DNA of 63,860 nt, filler included, from Rhizaria sp. SCN 62-66 (GCA_001724265.1; 3 parts of 3 records of this genome joined end to end with filler, not necessarily neighbours in it); one strand, 5' to 3'. Shown: positions 14,098 to 27,595, counted from the first letter of the whole stretch. Notes: generated by a model not told the origin, from the sequence alone. A program made the numbers and translations.

Positions 14098-15442
14098 TCA
14101 CCAGGTGCGCTCACGGCCGCGGTCGCTGCGTTCACGGTCACTCCGGTGGTGGTAATCACGGTCACTACGCTCACGGTCACCGCTGCGGTGCTCACGGTCA
14201 CGGTCACGGTCACTACGCTCACGGTCATGATCACGCTCACCGCTGCGATGATCACGCTCACCACTACGGTGATCACGGTCACCGCTGCGACCGCTGCCGT
14301 GATCACGGTCACTACGGTTGCGGTCACGGTCACTCATGTTGCTGCCACTATAGCGGTTGTTGTTGTCACCAGAATATCCGTTATTCGCGTTGCTATTACT
14401 CCGGTTGTAGCCGCTGCCGTAACGATTACTACTCTCAGCACGGTTCGCGTGGGCGTTGTGAATGTAATTGTTGTTGCCGTTACTGTTGGAGTTTTCGCGC
14501 TTCCGGCGCAGTTCAGCCTCCTCGGGGAACACCAAGTCTTCTTCGCCGTCGCCACCGGGGGGCACGCCCTCGGCCTTCTCGAGCGCCGTCAGAGCAGCCT
14601 CGAGCGCTGTCGCCTTAGCCCTGTTGCACAAAGAATAAAACAAAGGACAAAATGTAATATTTAACCACAAATATGTGAGCTTCATAAAACAAAACTTAAA
14701 CATGACGTAGTAGATACAAACATTCATACAAAAAAAATATAAATGTACTCTGATTACACATAATCTTAGTTGTCGAAATGCGAGTTATATCGTACCTCGC
14801 GTTGAGCGCCGTTGTGGCATCGTAGGCCGTGTATGACGCAGCGCGCTCAGCGGCGCGGCGGCGCGCGGCGGCCGCTGCGGCGGCGTCGGCGTCGGCAGGA
14901 GTCGTGTCGGTAAACTCGCGCGCGTGGAGCGTGCGGCCAAAGAGCTGAGTGCCCTCGATCTTGGCGATGGCGAGGCGGGCAGTCTCAACAGTTCTAGCGT
15001 TCGCAAAACGAGGTAAAGTGAGGCAAATAGAAGGTAAGAGGACAAATACAGCAGGACCAGCATGGTATTAAACACAAGTAAAAAGGACACTACATGTGAG
15101 ATTATAAAACATGTTAATGGAAGATTTTGATCAAGTTTGAAAGTGCATCTAGACATACTTAAACTCGACAGTGGCGAATCCACGAGGCTGTCCTTTCTTC
15201 TCGCCATCAGTGTACCAGAGATAGTTGACCTTCTCGACGTCACCAAAGGGCATCACAAGCCGGATTAAGTCGCCCTCGCCCATGTCGGGTGACATATTGT
15301 GGATAAACACAGTGCGGACACGGCGGTGCTCGGGCATAGGCTCGCGCGACAGGCCGCCGCGACCGCCGCCGCCGCCGTGGCCGCCGCGGCGGTCGTCGTC
15401 GCCGCCGCCCGAGTAGACGTGGAAGCTCTTAGCGCCGGGCAT
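14098..15442 (-). CDS. RRM RNA-binding protein, RBM18-like, with RD/RE/RS-rich tail; 3 exons
   Basis: Exons 15442-15159, 14993-14796, 14620-14098. RNP2 VFIHNM, RNP1 GQPRGFATVEF, post-RRM helix AKATALEAAL. Stop TGA. Confidence 0.8.
14109..14335 (+). repeat. Degenerate CACGGT/CACGCT hexamer-based tandem repeat encoding the RD/RE tail of the RBM18-like protein
   Basis: Repeated cacggtcac, gatcacg and gctcac units seen directly. Confidence 0.85.
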
Positions 15443-15966
15443 TGCAAGCGTTAGGCGTGTCGAAAAGGGCTGAGAGGTTAGTGGGCAAGCAGGAGCGAGA
15501 GTGGTCGCGAAACGTGAGGAGCCGTTGGAGCTGTGGGCCCAGCTGCGAGGGAAAGCACGGAGTAGACCAAGTCAAAGTGAGTTTCAATGTCTGTAATTTA
15601 GTAAAAGAGTGTAAACACACTGGGAATATCTAGATTGTGCTATTGAATCCTCCGTGACGTTTGGAAAAACGCGCTTTGAATGTCTCAAGAATGTGTGGTG
15701 GAGATTGCGGCCATCGTTGGGCGTCAGCGTGCCGCGCAAGTCGCGAAGAGAGCGCCCCTTTCAAATCAAACTAAACATGTCAATCCATCGTGTTTAACGA
15801 TCAAGCTTGTTTGCTGCGATATTTCGTTGCGGAATGTCTATTCATCATTTAGTTCGGCGCTGATCTCTGCCAAACAAGTGCTTCAAAAGTTCATTCTTGT
15901 ATCGCGCTCCGCTCACTCTCTGCCACACTGCTTCCCGTGTCTCCCTTGTTTTGCGATAGCCCTTCG

Positions 15967-18900
15967 ATGAGCGGGTCCGTTCAGCGAATGGACGTGACCA
16001 AGGAGAACCTTGCGCACATCTCACAGCTTCTACAGCACGCATCTAGTGGTGCCTATGATTCTGTACGTCCTATACCCGCGCTTTTAGTGTCTGCTTGCTC
16101 GCTCCTCTCAACAGTAGCTACCCTCTCGCTGACCTATCTGTACTTTCGTTCCAATTTCATCGTTTTTTCTCGCACTTCCTCACATTACCGGCTCACCTGT
16201 ACGATGATTGTTTCTTGTTCTCACCTTTTAGAGTACTTCCTTGCAAACCATCGACAGTTATATGTCTGTGATAGGCTTCCGCCAGTGCCTTCTCGTACGT
16301 CCTCCTTCTCACACTCGCTCAGCTCCAGAACTCTCACCACAAGCTCTCTAGCGCAACACACACTCCTGATTACGCGTCAAATTATTGCAAATAGGTATCA
16401 AACTACTCTTTTCTATTTAAATGTGTTATTATTTTTCAAACATGCTCTCACTATCTTCCGATATCCTCTCTACAATTCGTGATGACGCGCGTCGTTTTCC
16501 TCTAATGCTTGTCCTTTTGTGCAGACTCTGGCGCTCGACGCGACCGTGAACGCCAACTTGCGTTTGAACGCGCTTATTTGTCTTAAGAACTCCATCCGCA
16601 GCTACTGGAACCGGCACGCCACCGACTCCTCGGCCTCTGCAGAGCTCGCCGAGGCGGCGGCCCACCGCGAACAGGAGCGTCAGACTCTCCGTGCCGCCAT
16701 CCTTGACCGACTTTTCCAGGAGACGTCGCAGCCGATGGTGAACCAGCTCAAGGACGCTTTGGGTCACATCTCCACCGTCGACTTCCCCAAGGACTGGCCG
16801 GCTCTGGTCCCCACCATCACGGCTGCGCTCGCCTCGGCAGCTGGCATGCTCTCCACTGGCGCCGCCGCCGACACCGATGCGGCGTTCTTTCTTGCACAAC
16901 GCTCATTCGACGCGCTGTGCGAAGTTTTGGAGCGCCGCAAGCCCGTCCGCAAGCACATGATTGTCGCCATCTTGACGGACCACATCGACGCCCTCCACCA
17001 GCACTGGAGTGCGTTCATCGGCGCCTTTCTGCACGCGATCGCGACTCTGCAGGCGCCCCAAACTGCCGCGGGCTCCGCCGCTGTGGGCGCGGCGGCGTTG
17101 GCGACGGCGAGCCAGCTCGCCAAGGTGTGCCGCACCGGCACGCGTGCGCTGTCACTAACCGTAGTTGAGTGTAACCAGGGCGTGTGCACTAGCCCGCTCG
17201 GCCAGACGCTGTTCCCCAACATCGCTGAAGTGATGACGACTATGACCAAGTTCCAGCACGAACTGCCCTGCGTCGACGCCACGCACGCGCTGCGCACCGA
17301 CCTGCGCGACCTGCGCGCGTACGCTGCTGAGATGGTCATCCAGACGCAGCACCAGTCGCCACTGCTCTTCTCCCCCTTCCTTGGCCCCTTTCTGGCGCTC
17401 TTCAAGGTCATCATCGATCAGCGCGCCATCGTTCGCGACAACAAGCTCGCGCGCTTTGCCGCCACGCTTGCCGCGGCCTCCGCCACGGAGGGCTCGTTCG
17501 CCGGCGCGTTTGACATTGGCGACGACCAGGATGAAGGCAGCGGCAACACCAAGGGCAACGACGGCTGCTCCATGCAGGCGTTCAACTTCTTCTGCTCGGT
17601 GCTGCTCTCAGGCGTCTACCGCGGCTCCGCCGTTGCCTCGGCCATGGGCTCTGCCGGTGGACTGCAGTTTTCCCCCGAAGCCGCCTCGCAGGCGCAAACG
17701 TATGTGTTTGCTTAAAAGCTTTGTCATTCTTGTGTAAGACCTTGATGACTTGAATATCTCTTAAAAGCGGTGTTTACTTATTCAAATGTTCAAATGTTAC
17801 TTGATCACGCTTGACAAATTATACGTTGGAAAATTACTATTATTTGATATATGTATGCAAATTACATCACCAAACCCATCTATTGCCCGATATTGTTTGC
17901 TTTTACTACAGTGTTCTGCGGACGTTCTTCAGCGACGCGACGGTGACCTCCCTGTGCCAGGTCATCATCACATCCTACTTGCCCTGGACGCAGCTCGACC
18001 TCACGGACTGGGCCACCGACGCCGAGTCCTTCTTCGGCGACTACCGGTACCGCCGGTCGGACTCTGACGAGCGCGCCGCCGCTCTGGCGCTGCTGCACCA
18101 TTTCGGCACATCCCACGGAGAAATCGTCGGGAACCTGCTAATGTCCGGGCTCGGCCAGGCCGCGGCCGACGAGGAAGCCACGGGCGGTCCCACCGCGGGC
18201 CTCGTACCCAGCAGCAGTGCGCCAGGCACCGTCGTCGAGGCGAACGTCACCGCCGAGCAGTACATCGCGCGTTTCCGCAAAGACGCCCTGCTGCACGCTG
18301 TAGGCACCTGCGTGTTCGATGTCAAAGAGAGCTTCAACGCCTCGGCGCTGTACCAGCACGTCACTGACACGGCGCAGCGCGTGCTCGCCGCCGTCGGCTG
18401 CGCGGGGCTCGAGTCCGGCGGCGCGAACATCGCCGGCAACACCGGCGCTATCGGCAGCGGCAACGGCACGGACGGGCCCCAGGCTGCGCTGTCGATCACG
18501 ACCGCGCCCAGCGCTGTCTTAGCGCTGTACCGCTGCGTATGGGTCGCCGGCGAGCTGACGGAGGTGATCCCGCAGGAGCAGCTGCCGCAGCTCGTGGCGT
18601 TGTCGTTCGCGCTCCTGCAGGTGCCAGACCTGTTCCTCGCCCTGTCGTCGTCGCTGTCGCTGCGCGTTTTTGTCGACTGCGCGCTCTTCGACGCCGCGGG
18701 CTACGCGGCCGCCGCGCTGCCCTCGGGCGACTCGCCCATGACGGCCTCGTTCCAGCTCATCCTCTCTCTGTGCCAGCGCTGCGGCAACGCAGACAGCGTC
18801 ACGCACTTGCTCGGCATCGTCACCAAGACGGTCGAGGCCGTCGGCTCGCACGTGTCGCAGGCGGTGCCTATGCTTGTCGACGCGCTGCCGAAGCTCTGGG

Positions 18901-20006
18901 CCGCGGGCGCCACGGAGAGCACGCTCAAGGCGCGCGTCGTCGACACGCTTTCGCACCTCACCGTCGCGCTGGGCGCGCGCTCGCAGGATCTGCACGGCAT
19001 CATGCTCGACGTGTTGTCTGCGTGCCTCGATCCCAACTCGCCGGACCACACCGCGCTGTTCGAGCAGGGACTCGAGCTGTGGCAGAACGTGCTCGCGCAC
19101 GCCACGGCGCCCTCGCAGCAGCTGCTGCAGGTGTTTTCCCACTGGGTGACTTACTACAGCGAGTACGAGGACTACTTCGACGAGGCTGTGACGCTGTTTG
19201 AGTCGCACATCCTCCTGTTTGGCGACACGCTCTTCGTAACCTACGGCCCCGCGCTGTGCGGCGTCGTCCAGTCCCTGCTCGCGCGCGTCAACGACTCGAG
19301 CCTCAACATCCTCTCGAGCGTGCTGGGCTTCGTCGCGCAGGTCTGTCCACTCGCGTTTCTTTCCTCGTTCGCGCCCTGTCTCCCGGAGCTGCTGCATGCG
19401 CTGCTGACCTACATCAGCACCGCCAACAACCCCGCCGCGGGCGACGGCGACTCGGCCGCGCTGCCCGTCTCCGTCCTCTACAAGTACGCCAACACCCTGG
19501 GCCAGCTCCTCCTGCGCTGCCCGACCGAGCTCACCGCCGCGCTCGCCGCCGCGCCGCCCGTTCCCGTCGAGGCCGCGGCGCAGGGCCTGGGCTGGCTCGA
19601 CGTCATCGTCGCCGCGCTGCTCACGCTGCAGGACGAATTTCCCGCGGGATACCCGCGCCGAGTCCGCGCTATGGCGCTCGCGGCGGCGCTGGCGCTGCCT
19701 GGGCAGTCGTGCATCATGGCACGCGCCGGCGACATCCTCTCGGCGTGTGCGGAGGAGGTCGCCGAGCAGAGCCAGGAAGACGAAGTCTACGATGGCTCCG
19801 CGCTGGCGCAGACGCCGCTCGAGCAGCAGACGGAGGAGTTCCGCATCGAGCGGGCGACGGCGACGGACGCTGTGAACCAAGTCACGTTGCGGGACTATGT
19901 TGTGCAGGCGCTGGAGAAGAGCGCCCAGGTGTGGGGCGGCGAGGCCGTCAACGCCGCGCTGGGGGCGCTGGATCCCATGGTCATCGCGCCGCTGCGTCTC
20001 CGCTGA
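15967..20006 (+). CDS. IPO11: Importin-beta family karyopherin, importin-11/Kap120-like; 4 exons
   Basis: Exons 15967-16062, 16232-16294, 16525-17699, 17912-20006. IBN_N-like LRLNALICLKNSIRSYW, DFPKDWPALV, FFSDATVTSLCQVIITSYL...WATDAESF, LFEQGLELW. Stop TGA. Confidence 0.82.
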
Positions 20007-20595
20007 ACAGAATGGAGCTCTTGAAGTTTCACTTGAAGTTGTACATGAAGCACATGACGTGACTGTGCGACTGACTGTACTGGCTGACTGTGGCGGGGTG
20101 ACTTCTATGAGACTGCGAACTAAGCACAAAGGTGAGTGTCTGGGTCGTATGTACTCTTAATAATAATAATCTTAATAAGAAGCAGCAAAGAAGACGCGGC
20201 AAAGACTATCTACAAATTCACTTGACTTAAAGGGAAAGAAGATTGTTTTGTTGGTGTTTATTTTTTGGTTTGCCTAGGGACAGGGTCGTGTTGTTGAGCG
20301 ATAACAACACGCGTTTTTTCGTTTTGATCTACTAATCATCATCATCAAATTCGCGGCATTGATTGTTACTGCTATGCTGCAACATAGCCTTAAGTCGTTA
20401 CTTGTTTCATTCGCATTTCATTTACATATACAGACTCTTGTTATATATCCCGTCAACTTGGTTCAGACAAAGGGCTTATTTAATCGGGGTCAGACTTGTC
20501 AAGTCTTTGCGATGAGTGATGGTGTCTCATGATTGCAGCTCCAAGCTGGCGTTCTACAGTCCCGTCGGCAATAAAACTTCTCAATGAAACATCTT

Positions 20596-22473
20596 TTAGA
20601 TGGCGAAGAAGGATTCCGTGTCCAGAAACGGCGCGCACACCTTGATCTGGTCGCTACAAACGACCGACTCGCCAATTAGAGTTCGATTGTTAATATTTGC
20701 GACGTTACTGACATCGCCGATAACACTAACACTACGAATGATTATATCTTCACGTCAATTAAAAGTAGCTGTCAAGAGTTCCGTGCACGAGTAAACTACT
20801 CATATGATACTCGCGCTCGTTATTCTATAAGGTGTATTCATTCTGCACATAGTACGTAAGCCTTACGTACTTATACTAGTACTACATGTACATGTATTAA
20901 ATAAGAGCGACGAAAGTGAAACGAATTTGTAGCGCATGTATCGCATGTATTATTGCTGTGATTGTGACGCAGTTGAAATCAAGGTAAAGTAGTAAGATTA
21001 AGTAAGTACATGAGCCCATCCAGTTGCGTGGTAACATAATGTACCAGCGCCTTGCCTTGAGCGATGTCTTCAGGCGACGCACCCGCCTAATTTGTATATG
21101 TGAGAACCAACGGTTTGGGCGAAACGAAAGCAGGAACGACCTGAACCGTGTTATCCCACTTACTCTCAGGCAACGCCAGCTTCTTAATCTGGTCCAGTTT
21201 CGAGTTCTTCCTGGCCCGCAGCGTGTCCACCTCAGTCTCCATCATACTAATAGCCTCTTTTAGCTCGCCAGACTTCTTCTCATTTCCCTTCACATTCTCC
21301 AGCTTCTGCTTCTGCTTCTGCTTCTCCAGCTGATCCAGCATCTGCATCTCGTCCAACTCAAGCGACGCTAGCGCATCCAGCTCTTCATCCTTCAGCTTCG
21401 TCACCTCCGCCAACAGTTGGATCTCCTGCTGATTAGGATTCTCATGCGCCTGCAGTTGCCTCCTCAGCATCTTGAGCCTCTCCGCCAGCTCCANNNNNNN
21501 NNNNNNNNNNNNNNNNNNNNNNNNNNNNNNNNNNNNNTTAATTAATTAANNNNNNNNNNNNNNNNNNNNNNNNNNNNNNNNNNNNNNNNNNNNGGCCAGC
21601 TCCGCGCGGGCCGCGGCCTCCTTGGCGATGTTGGCCTCGAGCGAGGTGCTGGTGCGGTGCAGGCTCTCCTGGCGGGACACGAACGAGGCCTCTTTCAGCG
21701 TAGCCTCCTGGCGCGCGCGGTCAATCTCACTGGCCTGCTTGGCGAGCGCGTCAGCCTTGCTCTTGAGCTCGCTCTCGCGCGCCACCAGCTCGGCGTTGAC
21801 CGTGGAGCCCTCCGAGATGCAGCCCTCGAGACGCTCGAGGAACACGGCGCGCTCGTGCATCTTGGCCTTCTGCGCGTCGAGCTGGGCCGCGACGGACGCG
21901 TGCTGCTCGTTCTCGAGCAGCGACGCGCTGTAGCTTGCCTGGGTCTGCTGCGTCTCCTGCGACAAGAGTCTGTGAGGAGTAGGAGTGGGACGAGCGGAGT
22001 GGGTGGAAGTGGACGAGAGGGATTGAACGGTGGTTACCGAGGGGAGGAAGCAAAAAAGAGGGACATGAGGCTTTTGAGAAGGTGTTTAGCGTGAATTCAA
22101 TGCATGCAGCAAGCGCTGATAAAAAATGACGTTTGAATGAAGCGACAGAGTGAAGAAACAAAAGTAGGCAAAGGGGGCGGGCCTGGAGAAGGGGTAAAGA
22201 GCAAAACAAGACAATAGCAGGACCTATGGCCGACATGGGAATGCGTAGGGCAGCGCTAAGTGTAGATTAAGGGACGTACTGAGCAAGAGAAGCCTCAATG
22301 TCCTGGTTGACATCCAGAAGCGAGGACACAGGCGACCCCTTAGCAGCAGCAGAGCGAGCTGAGCTGGGCGAGGCCACACCATTGAGAAGCTCATGGACAT
22401 CTGACGCATACGCACCTTCCGCCGCAAAAGCAGCAACGAAGAGCGATGCAAGGAGAAGGATACACAACTTCAT
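20596..22473 (-). CDS. Secreted coiled-coil protein of unknown function; spans an assembly gap and contains one in-frame TAG
   Basis: Signal peptide MKLCILLLASLFVAAFA. Exons 22473-22280, 21969-[gap]-21010, and putative last exon 20653-20596 (DQIKVCAPFLDTESFFAI, TAA). Heptad E/K/Q/A/L-rich on both sides of the gap. In-frame TAG at 21087-21089. Continuity across the gap and the last intron (donor GTACTT) are inferred. Confidence 0.62.
21494..21593. other. Assembly gap spacer (N44-TTAATTAATTAA-N44)
   Basis: 100-nt N run with a six-frame stop linker at 21538-21549; same format as the second gap. Confidence 0.98.
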
Positions 22474-23274
22474 GTGCAAAATTCCCCCGAACACCAATTG
22501 TTCTCGGCACCCTTCCGTGTCTTCACGCCCCCTCATCAGCCCCTTTGCCTCGCTTCGGTCGGTGGTCGGTCGCCACTTTTCGTTGGTTAGATTTTTTGAG
22601 AACCCGATTTGTGTTCCTAAAAACTCCGCCAACCAGCTATCGTAGTAGTTTTGAGCCACCATCGCGCTCGCGCTCGGTCGAACTGCGAGGATATCTCAAC
22701 AGTCCTTCGACCAATATATATCTGTTTGAGATATGATATGGTCGTCATTAAAACCTTTGATGTCTCGTTATTGCTGCGCTTGGAGCCCTTAAAACACTCC
22801 ACTGCACGCATATTTCTAGCACTCTCTCGCTTGAACTTGGACTTCGAACATGACCTGCTTTCTCCAGCTCTTGCACCTCACAACAAAGCCCAATAGTCTC
22901 ACTTCAACCGAATTCCCATTTCGACTGATTTATTGTACCTTTTAGATTTGCTTTTACTTCTTCAAGCTGTAGCTGCAGACATCTATCCCCACTTTCTCGC
23001 CACTTCTCTCCCTTCGCTGGCAACTTCGCCCCGCTGTCACTGCCGCACCGCTTCCCAGCGCCGCACTACCGCCTCCAGGCCCGCTTTAAGCCCATTAGAC
23101 TTATTGGTTACCAAAACGACCCCAAGAGAAGCATACCACTGCGAGTGACGTCTCTAACCCCGTCTCGCCCTCCCTAGCCTGCCCTGTTTGACTCACCATC
23201 GCAGCACAACACAGTAAGTCTTGCCTCGCAGCGCGCACCTTCTTTGCTTCCCACGCACCACCACCCCCGCACAC

Positions 23275-24608
23275 ATGTCCAGCTCCGGCCCCTCGCACCA
23301 CGACGTGGACCGCTGGATCTCGCAGCTGGTGACCAGCTGCGTGCCGCTTACCGAGCTCGAGACGACGGACCTTTGCGACCGCGTGCGCGACCTGCTCCTC
23401 GAGGAGTCCAATGTGCAGCCGGTGTCGGCGCCCGTGACGCTGTGCGGCGACATCCACGGGCAGTTCTACGACATGCTGGAGCTGTTCCGCGTTGGCGGGC
23501 CTCTGCCGCAGAACAAGTACATCTTCATGGGCGACTTCGTGGACCGCGGGCACCACTCGGTCGAGACGGTGCAGCTGCTTTACTGCTACAAGCTGCGGTA
23601 CCCGGACCGCATCACGCTCATCCGCGGCAACCACGAGTCGCGCGCCGTTACGCAGACGTACGGCTTCTACGACGAGTGCATGCGCAAGTATGGCTCCACC
23701 TCGGTCTGGCGCGCCTTCACCGAGTCGTTTGACTACCTGCCGCTGGCCGCACTCGTCGACGGGCGCGTGCTCGCCGTTCACGGAGGCCTCTCGCCCGACA
23801 TCGGCACCGTGGAGGAGATCAGGATCATCCAGCGCAACCAGGAGATCCCCAACCAAGGTCCCTTCTGCGACCTGCTCTGGTCCGACCCGGAGGACATCGA
23901 GGTACGCACGGCTAGAAGAGCTTATAATCAGTATATCTTGCGTATATGAGGGATATATGGGAATTTATTTGATGTTGAGATCATTGTGCTGTCCATGTAT
24001 CTATATTTTCAATTTCACAATGACACATCGATACCATGTTTTTTTAATGTTCTACAATCTAACGCTTCTACAATCTAACGCTTTTCAATCTAACGCTTTT
24101 CTTAACTTTGCATTCTGCGTTGCTATGATTACTTTAGGACTGGGCGGTGTCGCAGCGCGGCGCGGGGTGGGTGTTTGGCCACAAGCCGACGTCGATGTTC
24201 TGCCACATCAACGGTATCGAGCTGATTGCGCGCGCGCACCAGCTCGTCCACGAGGGCTTCCAGTACAAGTTCCCAGAGAAGAACCTCATCACGGTCTGGT
24301 ACGTCTTATCTCTACATCCGCCAAGATCATGTCATGTCTGAAATATAATATCGTATTTTAATATTCTCTTATTACATTTATTTTAGACTATCGAGATCTC
24401 ATTCTCCCACCTATCTTTCTTTGCTGTCATTCATTCCTTTTTGTTTTTACATCATTTTAGGTCTGCACCTAACTACTTCTACCGCATGCGCAACGTGGCG
24501 GCGGTGCTGAGGCTGTCGGAGCACCTGGACCGCGAGATCCGCGTCTTCACCGACGTCAAGATGAGCAACGAGACGCAGAACACGCCCGACCTCCAGTACT
24601 TCTTGTGA
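23275..24608 (+). CDS. PPP6C: PPP-family Ser/Thr phosphatase catalytic subunit, PP6/Sit4-like; 3 exons
   Basis: Exons 23275-23901, 24138-24298, 24461-24608. [47 protein letters not shown]-terminal YFL. Stop TGA. Confidence 0.9.
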
Positions 24609-25118
24609 AGTGCGGACTGACAGACTGACAGACTGCTAGATACAACTGCAAGCACCGACGGCTCGACTCTTTTCCATGGTGATTGCCAGGGCCAGGAATG
24701 AGTCACACGATTTCAATAGTTTAATATTAGATATTTTATATACATATTATTTTTATATTTTAGTTTCAGCGCCACAAAATCTTGTTTAATATTGATTTCA
24801 AGTCGCTTATGTTTGCTTGTTGGTCCTCGGTTGACACGCAATAGTGGCGAGATGGCAACACTCGAACCTGCGGCGAAATGGCGGCTTTCAAGAGAATCGA
24901 CCTCGTCTCAGGTTGATCGACAAGAGGGCGTATTATACCATTTTTTGATTAATATGCACTGTATTTAATATATTTATATTTTTTCTTTCTCACTATTCAC
25001 CAAATGACTCCATCTGCTGCGTTTTTCCTTTCTCCACTCCGCAGAGAAAGCACAGCCCACATTCCATTGCCTTAACACCAACGACCAGAGCTTATAACAA
25101 CACCCCAACTACACAGCG

Positions 25119-27595
25119 ATGCTTCTCAATGGCCCCGGCCGCCGCGCCGTTACCGCCGCACTGCCCCGCACTGCGTCCGCGCTCCTCGGTCGGCCGCAGC
25201 AGAGGCTGAGCACGACTGGTGCCCTCTCCTGCGCTGCATCTGCCGCCGCCCGCGCCCCCGATACTGTCACTGCGCAGACCGCGGCGGCTCTGACTGCGGA
25301 CGCTGTTGCGCGCAACAGTACCGCGCCGCTCGTGACCGGCGCGCCCCGCCGCGGCTTCAGCAGCGGGTTCACGGTCGTCTCGCAGCGCGAGGGCGCCGTC
25401 GCCGCCAAGCCCAATAGCAAGGACAGCAAAGACGGCAAAGACAACAGTAACAGTACCAAGGACGGCAAGGACGCGAGCAGCAACAACGCGCCCAGCCTTG
25501 CTGCTGCTTCTGCGTCTAGCGCCGACACGGCTGCTGCGACTGCAGCCCCGGCTGCGACAGCCTCCTCTGCGACACATGCTCCTGCTACACCGGCTGCATC
25601 GTCTACCGCCGCGCGCGACGACTACTTCGCCAAGCTGCACACGGTCTCAGCGCCCGTGTTCGCCAACTCGACCGAGTCCTCGACCGCCGCCGCCACGGCC
25701 GTGCCCTTCGGCGGCAAGATTGTCTACCAGTTCCCCCAGGCTGCGGCGCTGGCTCGCGCGGGCGTGACGCTGCCCGCCTCGGCGCTGCTGCTGTTACTCG
25801 TCGCCGGCGCCATCACGTTCTTCGGCCCCGGCGTCCCCACCGGCTCAGCGGACGCACGCAACAACACCAACGGCGCTGCGGCCACCATTGGCACTGGCGC
25901 TGGCGCTGCGAGTTCGAGTGAGAGTGCGAGTAGTCGGGGCTACGGCGTGGTGGGGGAGACCAAGACGCTCGACGCCGCCATCGCCGCCATCGCGGCCACG
26001 CGCGCGCTTAGCGAGACCGCCGAAACCGGCGTTGCTACCGTCAGCACTGCAGCTGCAGCGACTGAGACTGCAGCGGCTGCAGCGGCGGCGGCTGCGGCGG
26101 CTGCGGCGGCTGCGGCGCCGGAGACGATCAAGGACAAGCTGATGAAGCCATTCGAGCGGATGCACCGGGAGCTTACGGAGCTCAACACGGCCGCGTTCAA
26201 CAACGACGCCGTCAACAAGAGCGCCAACAAGGCCAAAACCAGCGCGATCACGACTGACGGTGAGATCAACGCAGATGGCACAGCTGCTGCTGCTGCTGCT
26301 GCAGGCGAGGAGGCGTCGTGGATGCAGCGTCTGATTGGCGACATGAAGCAGGGCAACACGCTCACCGGCCTCATCATCCCTTACGCCAACAACAATAACG
26401 GCAGCGGCAGCGCCGCGAGTCCCCCCGAGGTGGAGGCCGCGGCCGCGGCTGCGGCGGCGGCGGCGCGCGCGCAGTCGCGGCCCGCGCTGTCCGAGGCGCT
26501 CCTCCCGGTCCTGATCAAGGCCTCCTTCGCGGGCTGGCTGGGGCTCGCCGTCGCCTTCCCCTGGTTCCTCTGCACGCGCGCCGTGGGCACTGTCACGCGG
26601 CTGCCAGGCAGGCGAGTGCGCATCGTGCCCATCGGGCTGGGGCTCGGCTCCCTCTTCACCCCGCGAAGCATCACCGTCGACGCCGCGTGCCTCCTCCCGC
26701 CGCTCGCGCGCTCCGGCCGCGCGCGCTGGCCGCTGCAGCCCTTCGACGTTGTGTTGAATGCTGACGTTGTGGGTGGGGCCAAGGTGCGCCGGTTCTGGGG
26801 CATGCGCACCGTGCAGATGGGTGGCGGCCGCGCCGGCGAGGCCGACGACCAGGCTGTGCGCTTCGCGCGGCTCGACGCCCGCCGCAGCGCCGCCGCGGTC
26901 GCGCGCCGGCCCGGGCCCGTTCCCGGCGTTGCCGCGGCGCACGGCGGCGACAAGGACAGGGACGCGGCGGGGTCAAAGGGGGCCGAGGTGCGCAGGGCGC
27001 TCTCGCCCGTGGCACAGGTACGGACATTTAGGGAGACCGGCATATGCGAGGGTTTTTTGCTGTATCATATCATTTGATGAATTGCTTTACGCTATCATAA
27101 TACCCAATCTCTATTTGCTATTTGTGTGCTCACCATTTTGCCGCCGTTACTCTTCTGCTCTTCTTGTAATCATCTCTGCAGGCCGAGGCCGAGGCCCAGG
27201 CCTCTCGCGCCTCGCAGTCAACCTCCGACCGCCTCCGCGCGCTCTTCTCCCTGCCCCCCACCGGCGCTAACAGCGACAGCGGCAGCGCGGCCCAGAGTGG
27301 CCCGAGCCCGGGCGGGAGCGTTGAGGCGGTCGTCGGCTCCGAGGCCGCGCTGGGCTCCGCCGTGGTGGCCTATGGCGACACCCGCGCTGGCGCCGCGCTG
27401 GGCGACGAGTTCTGGGTTTGGCACGGCGTCGGCGTGCCGTGCACGCACCTGGTCGCCACTCCCGCCACGCTCGCCGCACACGCCAGGGCGCGGGCCGCCG
27501 CGGAGGCCGCCGTGGCCGCTAGCAGTCCCAGTGGCAGCGGCGGCGGCGGCAGTGGCAGTGCGGCGCAGCAGCAGGGGCCGGCGCAGGTGGTGTGA
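25119..27595 (+). CDS. Putative mitochondrial two-TM membrane protein, TMEM223/TMEM70-like, expanded by Ala-rich inserts; 2 exons
   Basis: Exons 25119-27017 and 27182-27595. Arg/Ala/Ser-rich presequence-like N-terminus, two hydrophobic helices, then RAVGTVTRLPGRRVRIV...ITVD resembling the TMEM223 C-terminal strands (family call is tentative). Stop TGA. Confidence 0.55.

Noticed and set aside
14100-14340. Repeat array resembling CRISPR; His/Cys-rich plus-strand ORFs
   Set aside because: No unique spacers and a eukaryotic context; it is the antisense of an RD/RE-rich coding tail.
18519-20129. Long antisense or alternate-frame ORFs (also 57001..58704, 59743..60960 and many others)
   Set aside because: Shadow ORFs caused by high GC3 and triplet repeats in real genes.
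20851-20871. Perfect 10-bp hairpin AGTACGTAAG-C-CTTACGTACT
   Set aside because: Isolated, in AT-rich putative intron, with no supporting context.
21538-21549. TTAATTAATTAA palindrome (also 42996-43007)
   Set aside because: Artificial six-frame stop linker inside fixed-format N spacers.
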